A stretch of 28,469 bases of DNA from Chiloscyllium plagiosum (Eukaryota). Position numbers and translations under genes: made by a program. The notes below the pieces were generated by a model. It made no database searches. It worked only from the letters and a program-made list of their open reading frames with translations, and was not told the origin of the DNA. Where the stretch lies: NCBI RefSeq assembly GCF_004010195.1, contig NC_057719.1, positions 29,885,100 through 29,913,568 of the forward strand, read 5' to 3'. The stretch's first letter is position 1; each line of letters begins with the position of its first letter. Shown piece by piece: positions 22,155 through 28,469 of the stretch.

Positions 22155-22755
22155 CAAACATACACTGCACTTAAGCTCTTGCCTTTACATGAAGCCAAAT
22201 CACCCAAATATATTGCAGACTCAACTGCCACTACTTCCTCCGTCTTGCTGGAGGGAGTGATACATAGCAGGAGGTGACAGGAAAGTACTGAAGAACAAGT
22301 GGGCTTACATGTTTTAATCCCTATGGAGGAGACATACTGACCATTATGAGAAGATGCATCATTAAGATTGTAGTCACTGATGTTAGGGGAGGGATTGATG
22401 ATAAGTGTATTTCCACCTTCCTTCTGTCTTCCCATTTCCTCCTCATCACATTCTGTCTTCTGGCTCACAAGCTACAGATGGTTGAAGCACTTTTACTTTT
22501 TCCTCCTCCCACCCCACAATCCAATCTTTGTCCCTTTTTCTTTTCAAATACCCAATAATTTGAATGATCCAGTTAAAGGAGGATTTAATTTACTGTACAT
22601 ATTTTAGAGGCTAGATTATAGGATGTTTGGCAGTGGCACAAGAGTTGAAGTAGGGAACAGATAATGCAGATTGCTTGAGGGTAATACTTATTGTACTTGT
22701 TTTGAACAGGAGTCCGATGTGGACTTTAATGAACCAGGCTACAGAAGAGGGTGCT

Positions 22756-22998
22756 TAAATAAAAGCAAAAAATAGCAGATGGTGGAAATATGAAATCAAT
22801 TCAAAATGCTGGTAGCATTTGTGGAGAGAGAAAAAAGGAATTAATGTTTTGAGTGCAATGATTTCAGAAATCCAAGAACTTCTGAAGAAGAGTCTTTGGA
22901 CTCAGTGTTAATTCTGTTTTCTTTTCCTCTCTCTCTGTCTCTTAGCCGATGCTGCGAGACCAAATGCATTCCTCCAGCACTTTCTGTTTTTGATACAG
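22756..22998. mobile_element. Fold-back Penelope terminus (family C) with decayed hammerhead
   Basis: Antisense then sense terminus; CTGAAGA-A-GAGTC-TTTG-GACTC at about 22882-22903 with GAAA lost; similar to 7870-7930 and 9460-9590. Confidence 0.7.
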
Positions 22999-23426
22999 AG
23001 TAAAGTGGCTTGGTGTACACAATAAAATGACTGGTACACTGGAAAGTCTTCCAGAAAACCTGCATTCAATTTCAAACAGCTAGGAGGAGTCCAACGATAT
23101 GCAGAGCTTACTTGCAACTCATTCTTTCCTGTACAGAACAGATGGTTATGTCCATCAGCATACATATGGAATCCACCATGATACAGCCATCCAATGTCTG
23201 ATCCCATTGCAGCACAAACAGCATTTACAGAGCTGGAAGTCAACTCTATTAAAGGTTTAGGTGCTGCAATAGAAACTATGGCCTCTGCTTTGCACATTCA
23301 GAATTCTGCCATGGATACCACTGTTAAAAGGGCTTTTAGAACGTCACATCTAGACATCAATCTGTTCTCTAACAGATCAACATAGTTGATTATGTAGCCT
23401 TGGGCAGTGGTATGGTGGAACATGTA

Positions 23427-24109
23427 CAGGAGAACCTAGATTATCCGAATGTGATGGGCGGGCACTATTTCGTTCAGATAATCGATTACTTACTTGGTTA
23501 ATCGATTAAATGCCTTTCTTCTGGGGTTCAGAATTTTAAAGTCTGCACCCTGTTCAGGAGATGGCAGCAGCACACAGCGTGCAAGACCCCACATGCCCTG
23601 CCATTAACCCCGTGCAACACCGACACCATCCAACACCGCTCTACTGCCCCCAACGCCATCCGACACCGTGCCCATCCACCCCTCAACCCTGTCCAACACC
23701 GCACCCCAATCCCATCCACTCCCGCCCCATCTCCGGGGCAGCTGGACTGGACACCAACAACAAGACTGCTGCAGTTGCCTTTGTGGGGTAAGTCTTCAAA
23801 TAGCGCACACATGCAGCCACAGTCCCCCACACAACATTTTACTGCAATGTTTTGACAGGTTCCACCTTTGCCCTGTACAGGACAAATTGGAGAGATTATC
23901 TAGGGATGGGGTATGGGGTACACGTCTGTGTAGAACTCCAGGGAAAGTGTGGAGACAGAGAGAGGGTGGGCAGACAATCATTTGGAGATGGTGCCTGTTT
24001 AATTACTGTAAGCAAAAGACGCGATCACTGTTGGAAGCACGTCTTTGATGTAATGTTTCCTCGAGATCTCCTTCAGATAATTGGCATTCAGATAATTGAG
24101 GTTCCTCTG
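23427..24109. mobile_element. Non-autonomous Tc1/mariner-superfamily (Tigger/pogo-like) DNA transposon, 683 bp
   Basis: TA at 23425-23426 and 24110-24111; 24-bp TIRs CAGGAGAACCTAGATTATCCGAAT vs CAGAGGAACCTCAATTATCTGAAT (5 mismatches); subterminal TTCAGATAAT repeats. Confidence 0.85.
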
Positions 24110-24619
24110 TACTTGCTTGCCTCTCTCAGTGACTGTATTCCTGTTCCTGCCCCTGTCCCTTTGTAAGTGTCCTTGCTGTTATCTATCAGCCAACCCATAA
24201 GAATGAGGACCAAACCAATTTGTTGGTATCTAGCTAACAAATCTAGAGTATCTAGAGTAGTTTGAGATTATCCTCAAAGCCATCCACATCCCTCAATTGA
24301 AAATCAATAGCCTCCCACCACCCTTGTTGAAGCTACTGGGAAAGCACCAGGGCAGGCATAGGCCCATCGAAGGCAAACCCTAAGGGAATGTGCAGACATG
24401 ATTAGTTTAATATTGTAAGCGTTATGTAACAAGTAAGTTTAAAAACTTGGATTGGAATGTGCTGCTTCTGGTTTTTTGTTTTATTTTTGGTGTTTCCAGA
24501 AAGAGGGCAATGCAATGGTCAGTGAAAGGTAATGACTATATCACACTGACTGGGAAGGTGGGTTTGAGGAGATGGTATCACTCTAATAATTTTGCTGTGT
24601 AGACCCTGGGAAGAAAATG

Positions 24620-25090
24620 GCTATCTCCTACATGATCTCCTATCCTATTCCTGTTATTTCACTTCCTGTTGCACTTTCTTCACTTCCTCCTTTTAACTGT
24701 TTTCTTGCCCCTCAACTTGTCACTTGATAGATGTAGCAAGAGCATATGCCGACATAATGGCCAGTTCTGTATCATGTAGCATGCTATTATAAATCTTGAT
24801 ATTTTTAAACTCTGCATTAATTAACCTAGGGCTCTTCCAGACTTGTCCAGGTAATGAAACTGGCGCTCAAGGATATTAATAGTATACTTTATGGTTTTCC
24901 TTCTGACACCATAGCTTTCATTGTAGACCTTTTGTGCATGTGTGCATGGGTTACACCAAAGTCATGAGCCATACAAATGTGGAGCCCTCGATATTCAATA
25001 ACCATCCTCTGATTTTCATGTTGGGCCAAATGACGGTGACAAAGAAGACTGTCACAAATGATAAAATCATGACTAATGCTTGGATAGTGG
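24620..25090 (-). pseudogene. Fossil PIF/Harbinger (HARBI1-like) DDE transposase, C-terminal half plus acidic tail
   Basis: Minus strand with frameshifts: YPSISHDFI..QS, IRGWLLNIEGSTFVWLMT, YNESYGVRRKTIKYTINILERQFHYLDKSGRAL, ISRFIIACYMIQN.AIM, compared with family motifs PGSxHD, GWLLGDxGYP..WLMTP, YNxxH..TR..IE..G.LK.RFRCLD, CCxLHN. Confidence 0.8.
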
Positions 25091-25124
25091 GAATATGTTT
25101 GCTTTGGTTTAACATTTAATTCAG

Positions 25125-25255
25125 GACATTTTGCCTCCCACAGTACTGCAGTGACGCTCGATCCTCAGTTCAGATTTTGTGTCCAATTCTCTTCAGTGTG
25201 ACTTGACCATGCAACATCCTGACTGGGAGGAAAGGTAGTTACTCACTGAGCGATA
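25125..25255 (-). mobile_element. Old tRNA-derived SINE 5' part (SacSINE1/DeuSINE-like)
   Basis: CTCCCACAGTACTGCA..AGATTTTGTG..GACTTGA..CTGACT..CACTGAGC resembles the recalled antisense SINE head. Confidence 0.5.
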
Positions 25256-25885
25256 GCAGTCACCTTAGAGGTGCAAATTAGCTTGCATTGAAGAAAGGGA
25301 GATTAAATCATAGAATGTTACAGTTCAGATGGAGGCAATTCAACCCATTGTGTCTGTACTGGCTCCTGAAACAGCTACCCAGCCAGTCCAATTCTGCAGC
25401 TCTATCTCGGTTGCCCTGTAACTTCATCCCTTTCAAATATATTTCCAACTCTTTTGAAACTTCCTATGGAAACATCTCCGTCCCTCTCCCAGACAGGGCA
25501 TTCCAAATCCTAACAACTTTCTGAGTAAAGACATTTCTCTGCATCTCACTCCTAGCTCTCTTGCTGACAGTCTTGAAGTTGTGATCCCTAGTTATTGACA
25601 TACTAACTAGTGAAATGAGAACATCCTTCTTTAATCTGTCAACATTGTTCATAATTTTGAACACCTCACTAAACCTCTTAACCTTCTCTGCTCCAAGGAG
25701 AACAAGCCCAATCTCTCTAATATTTGCATGGATCTAAAATCATTCATTCCTGGTATCAATCTCGTAAATCTCCTTTAAACTCTCTTCAGGGCTTTAATAT
25801 CCTTCCTTAAATAAAGTGCCCAGAACTGAACACACTACTCCAAATGTGGTCTGACCAATGATTTGTAGAGATGTAGTGTCACTTA

Positions 25886-27357
25886 AGAGTCATAGAGTCA
25901 TACAGTAATACAGTATGGAAACAGGCCCTTCAGCCCAAACTGGTCCATGCTGACCATGGTCAAGATTAGAGTGGTGCTGGAAAAGTACAGCAGGTCAGGC
26001 AGCATCTGAGAAGCAGGGAAATCGACGTTTCGGGTAAAAGTCCTTCATCAGGTTTTTGCCCGAAACATCTATTTTCCTGCTTCTCAGATGCTGCCTGACC
26101 TGCTGTGCCTTTCCAGCACCACTCTAATCTTGACTCTGATCCCCAGCATCTGCAGTCCTCACTTTCGTCATGCTGACCATGGTGCCCGCACAGCTAGTTC
26201 CAATTGCCCGCATTTGCTCCATATCCCTCTAAACCCGTCCCATCCATGTACCTATCCAAATATTTTTAAAATGTTGCTATTGTACCGACCTCAACCACTT
26301 TTTCTGGCAGTCCATTCCATATATGCACCACTCTTTGTGTGAAGAAGTTGGCAGTCCGGTTCTTAAGTTTTTTTTTCCCCTCCCACCTTAAACCTATTCC
26401 CCCTAGTTTTCAAATTCCCCATCTGTGAGAAAAAGACTGTATGCATTCATCCTATCTATTCCCCTCATGATTTTATAAACCTCAATAAGGTCACCCCTCA
26501 TTCTCCTACATTACAAGGAATAAAGTCCTATTCTGGTCAACCTCTCCCTACAACTCAGGCCTACTAGTCCTGGCAACATCCTCATAAATCTTCTTCGCAC
26601 TCTTTCCAGTTTAACTATGCCTTTTTTATAACAGGGTGAACGGCACTATGCACAATACTCCCAAGTGCAGCTTCACCAACGATCTATATGACTGCTTCAT
26701 AACGTCCCAACTCTTATACTCAATGCCTCAACCAATGAAGGCCAGCATGCTAAGTGCCTTTTTCACCACCCGGTCCACCTGTGATGCTGCTTTCAAAGAA
26801 CTATGTATTGTACTCCAAGATCCCTCTGTTCCACAGCACTCCACAGAATCTTACCATTTATTGTATAAGTCCTACCTTGGTTTGACTTTCCAACGTGCAA
26901 CACCTCACATCTATCTGTATTGAATTGTGTTTGCCAATGCTTAGCTTACTTCCCTATCTGATCAAGGTCCCTCTGTAATTTTTGATAACCTTCCTCGCTA
27001 TCAATGATACCTCTAAATTTTGTATCATCACAAACTGACTAATCATACCTTTTACATTCACATCCAGATCATTTATGTAAATAAGAAATAACAAAGGTCC
27101 CAGCACCGACCCCAGTGGCACGCTACTAGCTACAGGACTCCAATCCAAAAAACAATCCTTCAACCATCATCCTCTGCTTCCTCCCATTGAGCCAATTTTG
27201 AATCCAATTAGCTAGCTCTCCCTGGATCCTGTGCAACCTAACCTTCATGACTAGCCTGCCATATGGAACCTTGTCAAAGGCCTTACTAAAGTTCATATAG
27301 ACAACATTCATTGTCCTACCCTCATCAATCCTCTTGGTTACCTCCTTGAAAGAAATC
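25886..27357 (-). mobile_element. CR1 RT remnant with 3' UTR, nested
   Basis: VVYMNFSKAFDKVPYGRL..WIQNWLNGRKQR, SVPLGSVLGPLLFLIYINDLD; tail AGAGTCATAGAGTCAT. Confidence 0.9.
25961..26168. mobile_element. Fold-back Penelope family A insertion with perfect 15-bp TSD and hammerhead core (26021-26052, minus)
   Basis: CATGCTGACCATGGT at 25946-25960 and 26169-26183; about 75-bp inverted arms; reverse complement CTGATGA-A-GGACTTTTACCC-GAAA-CG-TC. Confidence 0.88.
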
Positions 27358-28116
27358 TAAAAAAATGTTCTTACTTTTACTTTATGCTTCTATTTATAAA
27401 CACTAGGATCCAATAAACCTTTTTAACTGTTTCAACTTACCTGGCCACCTTCAGAGAACCATGCACACAGACCCTGAAGTCCCTCTGCTCCTGCACTCCT
27501 CTCAAAGTTGTACCATTGAGCCTGTATTGCCTCTCCATGTTTCTTCTACCAAAGTGCATTACCTCACATTTCACTGCATTGAAACTCATTTGCTAAGTGT
27601 TTTCCAAGTTGGCCACCTTGTCAATGTCTCTTTATTGCTCAGCATCCTCTTCACAAATCATTATTCTCCCGATCTTAGTATAATCTATAAATGTAGAGAT
27701 TTTGTCCTGAATACCCATCTCCAAATGGTTTATGTAAGTCATAAAAAGAAAGAGTCCCAACACCAATCCATAGAGAACAGCACTTTCAACTCATCTCCAA
27801 TTTAGAAATGCACATTTCTACCTACCCTCTGTTTTTCAATTTCTGATCCATGCTGCCAAGACCACATCAGTCCCCAGCCATTTCTAATTTGCTAACCGAC
27901 CTGCCATGTGGCAGCATATCAAATGCTTGCTGAAAATCCAAATATATAACATCCACATCCCTGCTTTCATTCATTGCTTGTGTCACCTCATCAAAATGTC
28001 CAATCAATTTTGTCAGACAAGACTTGCCCTTGACAAAACCATGTTAACTCTCTAGTATTAACTTATCTTTCTCTAAGTATCTTTATTTAAACCCACATCA
28101 TGGCCTCCACCAGCTT

Positions 28117-28469
28117 TCAATAGACAATAGGTGCAGGCGTAGGCCATTCTGCCCTTCGAGCCTGCACCACCATTCAATATGATCATGGCTGATCATCCTT
28201 AATCAGTATCCTGTTCCTGCCTTATCTCCATAACTCTTGATTGCACTATCCTTGAGAGCTCTGTCCAACTCTTTCTTAAATGAATCCAGAGACTGGGCCT
28301 CCACTGCCCTCTGGGTCAGAGCATTCCACACAGCTACCACTCTCTGGGTGAAGAAGTTTCTCCTCATCTCTGTCCTAAATGGTCTACCCTGTATTTTTAA
28401 GCTGTGTCCTCTGGTTCGGCACTCACCCATCAGCAGAAACATGTTTCCTGCCTCCAGACTGTCCAATCC
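28117..28469 (-). mobile_element. Young CR1 3' end, continuing beyond the window
   Basis: ORF 28203-28466(-) RTRGHSLKIQGRPFRTEMRRNFFTQRVVAVWNAL is uninterrupted up to its stop codon; tail CAATAGACAATAG. Confidence 0.9.

Larger units (their letters stand above)
21435..23400 (+). pseudogene. Fossil PIF/Harbinger Myb/SANT-like DNA-binding gene, copy B (exon relics about 21435-21640, 22250-22405, 22600-23400)
   Basis: Frameshifted translation RRPIISDD*LDVLL..VQGHRNIQY.D..RR....LKWEE.TAEVNS*SLAPR..KKKLNNFTQVVK; HSRR*QESTEEQVGLHVLIPMEET; ESDVDFNEPGYRR..LGVHNKMTGTLESLPENL. Fits the trihelix pattern PxFSxxELxxL...WxxIAxxVN...KKFxDL. Confidence 0.7.
25305..28110 (-). mobile_element. Older CR1 (pieces 25305-25885 and about 27370-28110) split by a younger CR1
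   Basis: MFKIMNNVDR..TRDHNFK..RNVFTQKVVRIWNAL; right piece has GCCATGTGGCAGCATATCAAATGCTTGCTGAAAATCC (antisense DFQQAFDxxPH). Confidence 0.8.

Noticed and set aside
22878..22912. Family C hammerhead remnants (also about 7895-7927 and 9463-9500) as functional ribozymes
   Set aside because: The essential GAAA is mutated or lost; kept only as evidence of ancestry.
23528..24166. Overlapping Pro/His- and Gly-rich ORFs
   Set aside because: Arise from low-complexity MITE interior; no transposase motifs.
24753..25086. Possible host HARBI1 gene
   Set aside because: Stops, frameshifts and lost catalytic residues; a transposon fossil rather than the domesticated gene.

Overview
Eukaryotic, repeat-dense DNA, most likely intronic, from a cartilaginous fish. 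The HE1-type SINEs, CR1 subfamilies and Penelope termini look like those of carpet or bamboo sharks; this assignment is from recalled consensus sequences, not a database search. No intact protein-coding gene is present and nearly all listed ORFs are shadows of decayed mobile elements. Content: one Rex1/Babar LINE, many nested CR1 LINE fragments, an L2 fragment, tRNA-derived SINEs, a solo LTR, a Tigger/pogo-type MITE and a decayed Penelope GIY-YIG element. Less obvious items: (i) about ten short Penelope-terminus insertions from three sequence families, several with 15-19 bp target-site duplications (TSDs), fold-back structure and minimal hammerhead-ribozyme cores (CUGANGA...GAAA..UH); (ii) two fossil PIF/Harbinger transposons, one keeping both the spliced Myb/SANT gene and the convergent DDE transposase; (iii) a 51-bp CR1 tail flanked by a perfect 77-bp duplication; (iv) a perfect 62-bp palindrome; (v) a candidate 39-nt frame-preserving host microexon at 9766-9804. 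Boundaries of old repeats are approximate.
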